A stretch of 61,924 nucleotides of DNA, the filler included, from Basidiobolus meristosporus CBS 931.73 (lineage: Eukaryota; Fungi; Basidiobolomycota): the NCBI GenBank assembly GCA_002104905.1. It is 4 parts of 4 records of this genome, joined end to end, with 100 filler letters (N's around TTAATTAATTAA, not from the genome) between each part and the next. Parts side by side here need not be neighbours in the genome. Positions count along the whole stretch, not along the records: positions 38,462 to 47,556 come from MCFE01001330.1; positions 47,657 to 61,924 come from MCFE01001182.1; 2 more parts are not named here. One strand, 5' to 3'. Under the pieces are notes generated by a model that was not told where the DNA came from, searched no databases, and saw only the letters and a program-made list of their open reading frames with translations. Below are positions 38,884 to 50,026 of the stretch, piece after piece. A program made the position numbers and the translations under genes. Positions within the stretch are counted from its first letter, which is position 1; every line of letters starts with the position of its first letter.

Positions 38884-39224
38884 AATGAACTTCTCGATCT
38901 TCGGCTCACTCCACCCCGACCCTCCCTCAATTTTCCTTCTATTCCTTTATCTTTGACACCAACAGTTTTTAGAAACAGTGATTTATTCATCTTCAAGATC
39001 TCTACACCTCCGTTAAGTGATTCCCATCTTTTTTTTATACATAGTATTTATATTTGTTGTAGAATAAATCTTCACCACCTCGTCAACAAGACCCTACCTA
39101 CGTGGAATGTTCGAAATGCGGCACCTAAATGGTAAAGAAATTCCTCGGCTGAGTAGAATACGTGATCCCATACTTCGATTCACGGCGGGGGACGAGGCGA
39201 ATCACAAGATGTCCACCAATTCCG

Positions 39225-39826
39225 CCGAAATCATGGGTGATCCCACATGTGATGGGATTTCGCATGGAGTATATGTTGGCCCCATCCATCCCAACCACTC
39301 CTTACAACGCATTTTATTCACAATTTATCTAAAAGCACCTATGTGAGGATGGTTCCGTGTAGGAAGTCGTCGATTAAGCACTAGGCCGTATATAAATTGA
39401 AGATTCAAGGATCGAGTTGGGTGCGGTACTCTCACAAACTAGGCCTTCGTGTCTGTTGATGGGGAGGAGCGCAATAACTTGACCTACAACAAATACAACA
39501 CGACTACAATCAGAGCAAATAGCCAACCAGATGGGATAAAAGAAAGAGATAACGTCAGGAAATTGACGGAGTGCGCGTGAACCAAAAGGAAAGAGTTTAT
39601 GTGGCTTTAACACTCAATATTGTGAGTAAGTGTGAGTTTTAGGCAATAGTTGCAAGGTTAGAATCATAAGAATAACCATAATATTGGGAAGGAGAAAAGG
39701 AAGATGTGCATGGGATGAATGGCAAGAAATGCCCAAGAATTACACGAATATAGAGGCGCCGTTAGTACAGTGGTAGAATTGAAGCTTCCCAAGCTTTAGC
39801 CCCGGGTTCGATTCCCGGACGGCGCA
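39225..39826 (+). repeat. Left arm of a ~600-bp inverted repeat (partner 46951-47556)
   Basis: Reverse-complement match. The shadow ORFs 39374-39613(-) and 47164-47403(+) are identical in their last ~40 residues. Confidence 0.92.
39756..39826 (+). tRNA. tRNA-Gly (CCC)
   Basis: GCGCCGT acceptor stem, anticodon arm GAAGC-TTCCCAA-GCTTT, T-arm CCGGGTTCGATTCCCGG; T-rich terminator downstream. Confidence 0.95.
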
Positions 39827-40887
39827 AAACCCCTTTATTTTTCACATTCTTATTCCTCAATTCTCTGTTACGCATTCCAATTTTGTGAAACTTTAGAGGT
39901 TACTGAGAGTGGGATCCTCGGCTTGAGGTGTCAATAAATCCTAGAAAAGTTATTCATCACATGTATATACCAACACTGTGTATTATATATATGTCTTTCC
40001 TGGCATGAGATGGCCATCTCCCTAACTTCGATTTAACACCGCTGATCTCAAATCCATTAATTGCCAATATGATAATTGAAAGTTTGTTAATCCTGGTTAA
40101 CTGTATTTCAACAAATCTAGTTTGCGTATTCATCCAGGCATCTTCGCACTTGGTTAGAGTTACAGAATTCTTAAGCTAAAGAACGGTTCACCTGAATGTC
40201 GAATGAAACGCTTCAGCTATAAACACTGGACTCCCTTTGTGCATATATAGGTCTATATTTTCTGCTTACACTGATAGTAATTGTATTCTACATATATGGA
40301 TCCACTTGCGAATATGAGAAAATAGGGAACGTTGGCGATTGCGAATTTATTGGTGCTTTTGGTCAAGGATTAAATTACTCAAAACTTTCTAAATCTTCTA
40401 AAGCTTGGAATATGCAATGCAGATTTGGAGTAATTAGAAAAGCATCAAAGTAATATTAGGAGTATCTTGATGAAGGGAAAACGAATGATACGGCTGCATT
40501 GTTGGCATGATGAAGTTGTCTATGTCTGAAATTCGTCATTGACCAAGATTTGTGCATATTATTCCACCAATTTTGTCTCAGAATAGGTAACTTGCACTTG
40601 ACCTTCACTAATTCCAAGAATTAGCCAATATTTCATAAACGAAGTCTTAAGTAAATAACTCATAGCTTAGCAATAAGCGAAGTAGAATCTTGCGTTACAT
40701 GAATGGTATAGGTGTAAACTGAATATTTACAACAGTAAACTCGCAATGTGTGCCCAATTTTTGCAGTATAAAGGCCACGGTGAAAGTTGTCTGATATATG
40801 ACAAATTTGGTTGAGTGCATATTTGTAATCCTTGGTCAGTGATTACCCATACATGTGGATGATTCCACTACAATAATAGTGCAGATT

Positions 40888-40955
40888 TATCATTAGTAAG
40901 GCGGAGAAATTGAAGTTTCCCAAGTTTAAGGCCACACATGATTGCTGGATGGTAG
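40888..40955 (+). pseudogene. Decayed tRNA-Gly(CCC) relic
   Basis: TTAGTA..GAAATTGAAGTTTCCCAAGTTTAAGGCC..GATTGCTGGATGG aligns to the intact copies, with CG>TG changes and a broken T-arm. Confidence 0.6.
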
Positions 40956-41562
40956 AAGTTTTGCATTTCCCTATGAAGCATTGTTCCTTACTATGTAAGT
41001 GCTTGTTCGATCAAAACCTTGTACAAGTATATATACTACCTTTACACCCAACAGATCATCAAGTAAGAATAACATAATCTTCTTGCTCCTCAGTCAATCC
41101 AGTATCTCCAATACTGCCACAACAGGCCCAACGTTGCTGTCTGTCCAACATGGAAATGTAATCTAATTGTAGGAAAGAAAGACATGTAGCACGCATGTGA
41201 ATATGCTATAGTGAATTCATTCACTTTTAGATAGAAGTACATTCTTTAACTCAAGAAGTTTGTAATTGCAAAAAACAATCAAGAGTGAGAGGATCAATGC
41301 AGATAATGATAATCATCAGGTTAACAGTTCTCATATTGGCAGCAATCCAGTTTGAGAGGTATGGTGTAAGATAAAATATCAGGGACATGACTATTGTATT
41401 TCCAAAAATATTACTGTATAAGGAGCATAATTTCAGATGGGTAAAGATTCTTCTAGTGTTGAAACATGTAGTGAATACGCATTCTAAAAATGAAGCCATG
41501 GGTATACAAATCATTACATCCTTGGAAAATTACCACAGTATTGGTTCAAAAAAGAAATGATT

Positions 41563-41633
41563 TGCGCCGTCCGGGAATCGAACCCGGGGCTAAAGCTTGG
41601 GAAGCTTCAATTCTACCACTGTACTAACGGCGC
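41563..41633 (-). tRNA. tRNA-Gly (CCC)
   Basis: Identical to 39756-39826; T6 terminator downstream. Confidence 0.95.
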
Positions 41634-42679
41634 CTCTGTATTGATTTTTAGTTCTCTGAAATAAACAATTAATATATGGCCAGGTTTGCGCGATGTTCCT
41701 TTCAGTGGAGATCATGAATATCACCAGTCCTATCCTATTGATAAAGATGATTTGAGGTTTGCTTTTCATTGCTAGCTGATTTTGGCTACTTCTACCTAGT
41801 AGGCTTTGTTCAATAATACTTGACCTCAGTTAAATTCCACATCACAGCAGCATTGATGTAAAATTTTCGAGATTTTTAAACGTATGAGCCAGCAAACATC
41901 CTAATATTGTACAAAATACTGTATCAACGCACAAACCAGACTTCTTGTAATCACACGTATTGTTTAATAAAGCTTCATATTTACTGCATGGACAATAGAT
42001 AGTCATGATCAGAGTATGTACTCATTAGAAAGGTTGACAGAGAGAAGGAATGCATTGACGTATTTCTATTCACTAGATGAGGCGAATTACAAACGAGGTT
42101 TGTTGAAATCCTGGTGAACATGAATGTTGAGTAGCTTTACCAGCTGATGATACTGATATATTTGTATTCAGGAGAACAAAAGGCATTTATATATAGCTAT
42201 TACTGATAAATCGACGTTCAAATTTACTGCTATTTAAAGTTGGGTATTCAATCGTTTGGACGGTGTTTAGAATATGCGAGGAAAATTTGGCAAAGTTAGT
42301 ATGAAGATGATATAATGAGATATATTGGACAAAACAGACCCACTTCTTTTTTCTTGTTGTCAATCTTCCCCTTACCAACCTGGTATGCTAGATCAAGTTG
42401 TTACTCGACCTCGATATTTCACACTAGATTTCCGGAAACCCTAACGAGCATGCTATATGGGACCATTATCCATCCAAATAGGAAATCATGCTAAACCAAA
42501 AGGATTGACAAAAGTAGGCTGACAAATAGTTGGAAATTGTCTAAAAACATGAAGACTTACTGATCCTGCAACATGATTCCTTTTATTGAAAATTCAGAAG
42601 CTCCTCTAAAAAATCAGAGTAATATCGGAGAAACTGCATCGAGCTGAGGTTTGCCATCGAGGAAAGAAAAGGAAGACGT

Positions 42680-42750
42680 TGCGCCGTCCGGGAATCGAAC
42701 CCGGGGCTAAAGCTTGGGAAGCTTCAATTCTACCACTGTACTAACGGCGC
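42680..42750 (-). tRNA. tRNA-Gly (CCC)
   Basis: Identical 71-nt copy. Confidence 0.95.
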
Positions 42751-43833
42751 CTCTATATTTTGTTATGGAGTAAGGAGTCAGTCGATGTCAAGTGACATCA
42801 ACGCGTACAAAGACGACTTAGCAGCCAGGGAAAAGCAAAACAAGACAAATCACCAGACTCACAATAAGGTATAAATACCAATCAAACAATCAAATAAAGG
42901 GAGAAGTTTGGTTAGAAGCAGGAAGAGCGGTAGAAACGAATATTATTTTGAATATATTTCTACTAGTCACCATCCTAAACTTTGAAGAGATATTCTTACA
43001 CTACTCCATCGAATCTACGAGATAACATACACGTTATCTAATTCCGTACTCTTTAAAGGCATTACTCTTCAGGTACGTAACGAATCGATTAACGACCACG
43101 ATAGACCTTAACCAAAATATGATGATTTCAAAACCGAATTTTACAGTGCATTAGGATGTAGCGCCTATATCTTTCAGTTTATGTAAAAGATAGTAGTTCT
43201 CACTATACGTAGTATAAATTGGTGCTCTGAGTGTGGCTCATAAGTAGCTGCAATAAGCAAGGAGCTACACCATTGCTATCTCTGTGTGAAGTTTTGTAGT
43301 AGCTTAGATACATAATTCTGGCATTTTTACACATGTTATAAACTATTTTGAATGGCAAGTTCTCTTCTGCATTAGTTGAAGGTTTAACGATATCCCAATA
43401 CGGTGTAACAATGGTTGGAGCATGTTTTAACTGACTTGTAATCCACTTCATATTCACACTGTGGAAATCTAGCTGAGAACAAATCAATAAACCTGCTGGC
43501 CATTCATTGGTCGAGCTAAGGGCTATGGAAGTTGTGGAGTAGATCATTGTTGATGGCTGATCATAGCCCCCAGAGTACATTGGTGTTACTAAAAGGAGAT
43601 TTCCAATTTCCAATTTCCAAATAATGGCCGCTTAGTACCAGAACCCTCTATCACCAGTTTCAAATAGACAGCGTGAGCTAAGACTCATGAACCCAGGGTT
43701 TATAAATAGGATTCGGATTAATGTCAAGAAACACACAAAGATTCATAGTGCAAAGAAATATATGTATAACGATGAAAAAATTGACAAAAAACAACACAAC
43801 AGGGTGTTGACTGGCTGTGGTAGCTTTGTATAA

Positions 43834-45023
43834 TTATTGAAAGGAGTTTTTCATCTCTCTCAACGCAGACATGACCTCGACAGGATTGGTAGAGCCTACG
43901 TGCTGCTGAATTGCTGGCTCACTGTCAAGTTTGTTAGAGAAGCTCTCCTCGCAAAGGCTCACTCGTGGATACTTACTGAACTCGCATGAATGGATTGAAC
44001 ATCAACTCCTCGCCAATTGTACTAGGAACTGTAATGAGGTTGGATTGACACCAGGTTATCTTGTTCTACAAAACGGATCAGAATCGTCGCATCAGCTTTG
44101 TTCGTCACTCGACTTACCAGCAGAGCTGCGTTGTTAGGTTCTATGGAGAGTGCGAACTGGTAAATCAGAAGCAAGGTTAAGATGGATAACAGATAATGGT
44201 CTGGATGTGCAAGCTCACTCTAAGATTTGCCCGTGTGTATTCGTGCCCACAGTACACCTTTGTCTCGGATGGTAGGGTAGCCAAAACATTGCACAATGAA
44301 TTGTACATATCTTCAGCGGTCCCTTCGAAAAACTTCCCACATCCAGCTATATTCGGTCTAGAGTAAGAAGATATTTGGCAAAGATGAACTGGTGGGCTCG
44401 GCACTAACCAACGAACAATGTATCGCCTGTAAATACTGCCGTCTCGTTTCCATCTTGGATGAAGTATGATACGCTTCCCTTGGTATGCCCGACGGTGAGT
44501 AAACCCTTGACTGTTAAAGAGCCCACCTATAGTAGTACCGGTTAGTTTCGAGTTGAATCTACACATGTACATATATTTAAAAGTTGTATTGACCTGAAAT
44601 TCTTCGTTACTCTTTACTACATAATTTATTTGAGGTATACGTGCATCAGCACCATATACCAATAGACCAGGTTTTATGGACAACAGTTCCACATTACCAC
44701 CTGCATGATCCCTGTTCAAAGTGAAAAGACTTGTTACAAAACCTGCTATTGAATTTAGGCTGAGCTATTCCCCTTTACCAATGGTGGTGTGTTGTGAACA
44801 CGCTTTTAATATTAACACCCGCTTGTGCTGCTGCTTGTAGAACTTTGGAGGGCTCGGCTGGATCTACAGCTATAGCTATTTACAAGAAAGGTCAAGTTGA
44901 AATGCAGAACAATAGGTCGAATTAATTGATAAGGATGGAGCGCGTCTTACCCTCGCCAGTTTTATCATCTATAACCAAATACGAATAGTTGTCTTCTAAT
45001 ACAGGAACAGCGATTACTCTCAT
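43834..45023 (-). CDS. GLO2: Hydroxyacylglutathione hydrolase (glyoxalase II), multi-exon
   Basis: [88 protein letters not shown]. Confidence 0.9.
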
Positions 45024-46017
45024 TGTTGCGACTAGGTGTGGATACGTTAAAGGATTTTCATTAATTCGTTGACATTTGTGGTGTGTCCAGGAGCGATTTA
45101 CCTGACTTTGAAGAACGTCTATAATAAACAGGTAGACAACAATAAATAACAAGCAGGAAATTGAACGCGTTGCAAGCGATAAAAACCAATACGAGAGCTG
45201 GATAGTAGTGACTTCAGTTACCCAACGCTGTAGTATTAATTAGCGCAATCAACTACAAAATCGAGAAAATCATTCAACAATGGCTACGTTCTGGGAGTAT
45301 ATTATGGAAAATGGCGCTCGTAGAATGGGCTTTTATGGAATTCACGTGATAGATTGATAAAACAATGTAATCAGATTAGACAATTGGGGAGTTTTCGCAG
45401 CAAGTCCATATTCAAAAATTCCGAAACTATTGCAAATTAGTTAGCTTTAAGCTCACAATACGCTAGGGACCCAAACATTCCTTTACTAAAAATCGACATT
45501 ATCTCCTCGCATCTTTCTATTTGGAGAACATGATCACGAAGGTATTATCTTCGTAAACGATCGTTATCTGAGCATTTGTTTTGAGCATGGAAATATGAGC
45601 CGATGGGTTTAACCAACGAAAATGCCAAGAATTGTTATGCTGGACATGCAGTGCCTTATGACGTGTTGATCAACATGAAGTCTGGAGCCTGGGATATGAA
45701 AATGCTACGAGATCCACCACTCAGACATCACAATTGTTTGGTAAGCATTTGTGACACGAATTTGAAAGCAGTGAAAACACTTCATAATCAGTCGCACATG
45801 TCTATGCCAATACTGCGAATCTCCCTATTCATGTGACCGTTACAATTTGCTCATAGCTTGCCCTGATTGGCGAAAGTCACATTTAATATGATGAGTGGTT
45901 TTGAGACAAGCCCAGCAGTATAAAGCCACAGCTCTGACGCCATCACTGTCATTTTAAACCTAGCAAACCTGCCCATACAACCTATTCCCTCTCCTTCCTC
46001 ACTTGAGCTTCCAACTT

Positions 46018-46569
46018 ATGGGTAACTTATCTTCGGAGGGATGCACCATGTTGCTGATATTAATGGATTATTGCTTGCAGCATCCCCTGATCACCAGAAA
46101 AAGCTAGAGCAATTCCTCGCTAATCGCCCCGGAAGCAAGGAGTTGGTAGACAAGAATATCATTAGAGGTAACAATTCTGACTGAATCCAATCCGGGTTCC
46201 CTCGCTCACTACGCCTCATAGACCCGAATGTTGCACCCACCCTTCAAGCCGCCATGAAGGACCTTGAGCGAGCCAAAATTAATGATCAGTTAGGCCACAA
46301 GATCCAAAATAGACCAACGAAGGATGACTTGGTCCAACATAACATCCTCAAAGGTTTGTATTGATCCATTCCGAGTTGTTGGGTATCACCATCGCTGATA
46401 CAGTTTCTTAGATTCCAAAGCTGCACCTTCATTACAGGCCCAGGAAGTGAGATTGGCCAGAAGCCAGCTACAAGATACACTGGGAGATAAAATCAATCGT
46501 CGGCCTTCTGCCAATGAATTGCTGGAGCAACACGTTTTGAACGAGGAGGATCTCGAGCGTCTTCAATAA
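46018..46569 (+). CDS. Small RPEL-repeat protein
   Basis: Four exons (ATG G|intron 46022-46080...) give three RPxxxEL-type repeats: NRPGSKELVDKNII, NRPTKDDLVQHNIL, RRPSANELLEQHVL. Confidence 0.85.
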
Positions 46570-46950
46570 TGATCGACTGTAGTATATATTTCTACCAAAT
46601 GCACACTTGTTGTTAAATATGTCCCTGGTTTATAAATAATAAATGTCAATGCTAGTCCTAAGATTCGATGTGTAAATCATAGAGGGGCATGCCGGGCGCA
46701 TACAGAAAACATTGGTTCTTTAATAATATGCATCAACCGCATAAAATCATTTTCGAAGAGCCGAAGTTGGTGCATGCGTCCGTGAATCATTATTTGAATG
46801 CTTTCCGATTTCCGGAAGTTCGTGTCCATTAGTCATATGAGGTCTGATCTAACTTGTATGAAATGATGACAGATTTAATGGTGCATGCGCCTAGCCTTAT
46901 CTTGGCCGTATGAGGTCCTAGAGTTTCTCAAAAATTATGGTTCAGAGGTA

Positions 46951-47021
46951 TGCGCCGTCCGGGAATCGAACCCGGGGCTAAAGCTTGGGAAGCTTCAATT
47001 CTACCACTGTACTAACGGCGC
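46951..47021 (-). tRNA. tRNA-Gly (CCC)
   Basis: Identical 71-nt copy at the inner edge of the right inverted-repeat arm. Confidence 0.95.
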
Positions 47022-47556
47022 CTCTATATTCGTGTAATTCTTGGGCATTTCTTGGCATTCATCCCATGCACATCTTCCTTTTCTCTTTCCCAATATTATG
47101 GTTACTCTTATGATCCTACCCTCGCAACCATAGCCTAAAACCCACACTTACTCACAATGTTGAGTGTTAAAGCCACATACACTCTTTCCTTTTGGTTCAC
47201 GTGCACTCTTACGATTTCCTGCCTTTAACCCTTTCTTTTATCCCATCTGGTTGGCTATTTGCTCTGATTGTAGTCATGTTGTATTTGTTGTAGGTCAAGT
47301 TATTGCGCTCCTCCCCATCAACAGACACGAAGGCCTAGTTTGTGAGAGTACCGCACCCAACTCGATCCTTGAATCTTCAATTTATATACGGCCTAGTGCT
47401 TAATCGACGACTTCCTACACGGAAACCATCCTCACATAGGTGCTTTTAGATAAAATTGTGAATAAAATGCGTTTGTAAGGAATGGTTGGGATGGATGGGG
47501 CCAACATAGTACTCCATGCGAAATCCCATCACATGTGGGATCACCCATGATTTCGG
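46951..47556 (-). repeat. Right arm of the inverted repeat (runs into the gap)
   Basis: Reverse complement of 39225-39826. Confidence 0.92.
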
Positions 47557-47656
47557 NNNNNNNNNNNNNNNNNNNNNNNNNNNNNNNNNNNNNNNNNNNN
47601 TTAATTAATTAANNNNNNNNNNNNNNNNNNNNNNNNNNNNNNNNNNNNNNNNNNNN
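47557..47656. other. Assembly spacer
   Basis: N run with TTAATTAATTAA. Confidence 0.97.
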
Positions 47657-48182
47657 GCGCCTCACCCTTTTCCTCTCTTGTTCTTTGTCTGGCCGACTCT
47701 TGCAAGCCCTTTTGCAAGTCTTCGAATGAAAGACTGCCATTCATACCTTCTCTCCACAACTCGCCGACATCTGCAGAGCTGATCCCAGCTACAGCCTTGA
47801 TGCGAACATCGGTTTGTGCGGCACAGGTTGCGTATCCTCCTGACGCACAGATACCAAGTGCGCCAATTCTCTCGGGGTCTACCTCATTCAAGGTGGTGAG
47901 ATATGACACGGCGCTCTTGAAGTCCTCAACTCTCTGGTTGGGGTCTTCAAGATATCTGGGGAGGCCTTCACTCTCGCCTTGGTAGGCAGCATCGAAAGTC
48001 AGGGTGATGAAACCAAGCTCAGTCAATTTCTCGGCGTATAGGCCAGCAGTCTGTTCCTTCACTCCTCCACCGGGATGGCCAATGACAACAGCGGCATGCT
48101 TTTTAGGCTTAGTGTTCTCTGGGAGGTAAAGGTTTCCGGCAACCTTGATTCCCTGGCTTTGGAAAGTCACTTTGCGAGGCAT
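47657..48182 (-). CDS. Alpha/beta hydrolase (YcjY/COG1073-like), 3' end lost in the gap
   Basis: KVAGNLYLP...[15 protein letters not shown]...[23 protein letters not shown]...AVSYL...[17 protein letters not shown]; no intron in 175 codons. Confidence 0.9.
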
Positions 48183-48865
48183 TGTTAAGTATTTTTGTTT
48201 CTACTATTAGACGATTTGGAATTCAGCCTATATATACACAAATCGCTGGTCAGATGACCAATAATGAAAGGAGTTATTCAAATATCCGTAAAGCCGGGCG
48301 ATTTTCCAAGAAGTCAAAGGACAGTCACCAGCAAACTTCCTGGTCAATCAATAAATACTGCGGATGACAGATCTAAGATAATGGCAAATTTGGCCAACCA
48401 AACCCCGATTTCCCATTGATATTGGCCCCCTGCTTGTACTAAAAGTTGCTATCAGCTCACTATTTGGTTTATATCAACGTCACGTAGCCAGATCAAGTGT
48501 AAAAATATCCATTAGCTTCCCAGAATTGAAAAATATACTATAGCTCGGGCTTACTGCGCTATGCCCAACTGCTAACCTGATTAACAAGCTATTGACTTAC
48601 TACTACACTACTTCGCCGGTTTTCAGTAGGTAATTCGTATAATATGAGCTATTTACGTGGCGCCCACTAAGAAATATGTTGAGGCACTATTGGCTACTTG
48701 GATTGTCAAACACTGAAAAAACATCTCCGCGTCTCACGCTACAGCCAATCACCACGAAATCGTCGATGAAGCTGATCTTGATTCGAAAACTCACTATTCC
48801 TGTATAGCAATCCAGCGAGTAAGAAGTGTAGTATCCAGGAACAACAGATGTTGAAAAACGAATTC

Positions 48866-49008
48866 AATATTATCCTCAATATTATCCTCAATATTATCCT
48901 CAATATTATCCTCAATATTATCCTCAATATTATCCTCAATATTATCCTCAATATTATCCTCAATATTATCCTCAATATTATCCTCAATATTATCCTCAAT
49001 ATTATCCT
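48866..49008. repeat. Minisatellite (AATATTATCCTC) x ~12
   Basis: Perfect 12-bp tandem units read directly. Confidence 0.95.
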
Positions 49009-50026
49009 AAAAAACCTTTAGATCCTTAACCATATCTAGTTAACATCTGGTTAGTCATGTTTATCAACTGGGTTTTTTAATCCGCAACATTGTGTAGTGT
49101 GCTGAACCCTTTGGACTTTATTGAGCAATTCATCCCAAGTGAAAGTCACAGTACCAATCATAACATAGCTTGTCCGCTAAAAATACTGAACTCCACTAAA
49201 TTAGCAGACATACTCTTAATAATGGCGGATATATTTCAATGGACAAAGCCTCATCCTCTATGCTCCTTGATGCTTATTTCATGGCTGGTGGGAGCAATCA
49301 GAGCAGTCTGAGGTATGGATTGGCAAAAGGACTACTAAGTGTTGCAATAATATTCACAATCAACTACAAATCCTACCAGTTGGGAAAGGATAAGGCTCCT
49401 GACCAAACTGATAGTCATACAGGTGGGTGTGATTCCTTGTCAAATCTGCAAACCAATTGGATGAAAATCCTTCATGTCAATATGTGGGATCATATAACTT
49501 CCATGAACAGTTTTAATATGGGTTTCAGTGCAGCAAATTATTATATAAAGGTATACTGGCAAGAAGCCTTTCAGTAATGACCAGGGCCAGTGAAATGCTC
49601 AACAAAGTGATTTTGAACATTCATTGGTTCCAATGTTAAGCATCAATATTGCTACTCTTAGTTGTCCATCTTGCCTTTGTGAGCACTATTGCTAATCTGG
49701 ACAAAGACTGTCTGGCATATACTACCTATGTGAAGAAAAATATTATTGAAAATTTTGTAACTACTCCAAGATATTGGGATAAGTTGGACATCAAGATTAT
49801 ATTATACATATCTGGGAGAACACAGCCTATGTTTTTCACTGAGAAATACTTGAACTTTTTCATCTGAGTAACTGGTATCTACTTAATAAAAGGGTGCAAA
49901 AATTAGTACCAAAGGTATTGTGGCTGTATTTGTAAACAGCACTAATCTCCTAGCCAAATCATCAATATATTCACAAAAAAAAACACAGCAACAGAAATGC
50001 ACCTTTGAATATGCCATGGTATCTTT

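Noticed and set aside
39374-39613. Duplicated 79-aa ORF (also 47164-47403)
   Set aside because: Non-ATG start, no motif; duplication is explained by the inverted repeat.
43000-43620. 136-aa minus-strand ORF between tRNA copy 3 and GLO2
   Set aside because: No recognisable domain or splice support; left unannotated.
48739-48999. ORF with (RIIL)n repeats
   Set aside because: Simply the translation of the 12-bp minisatellite.
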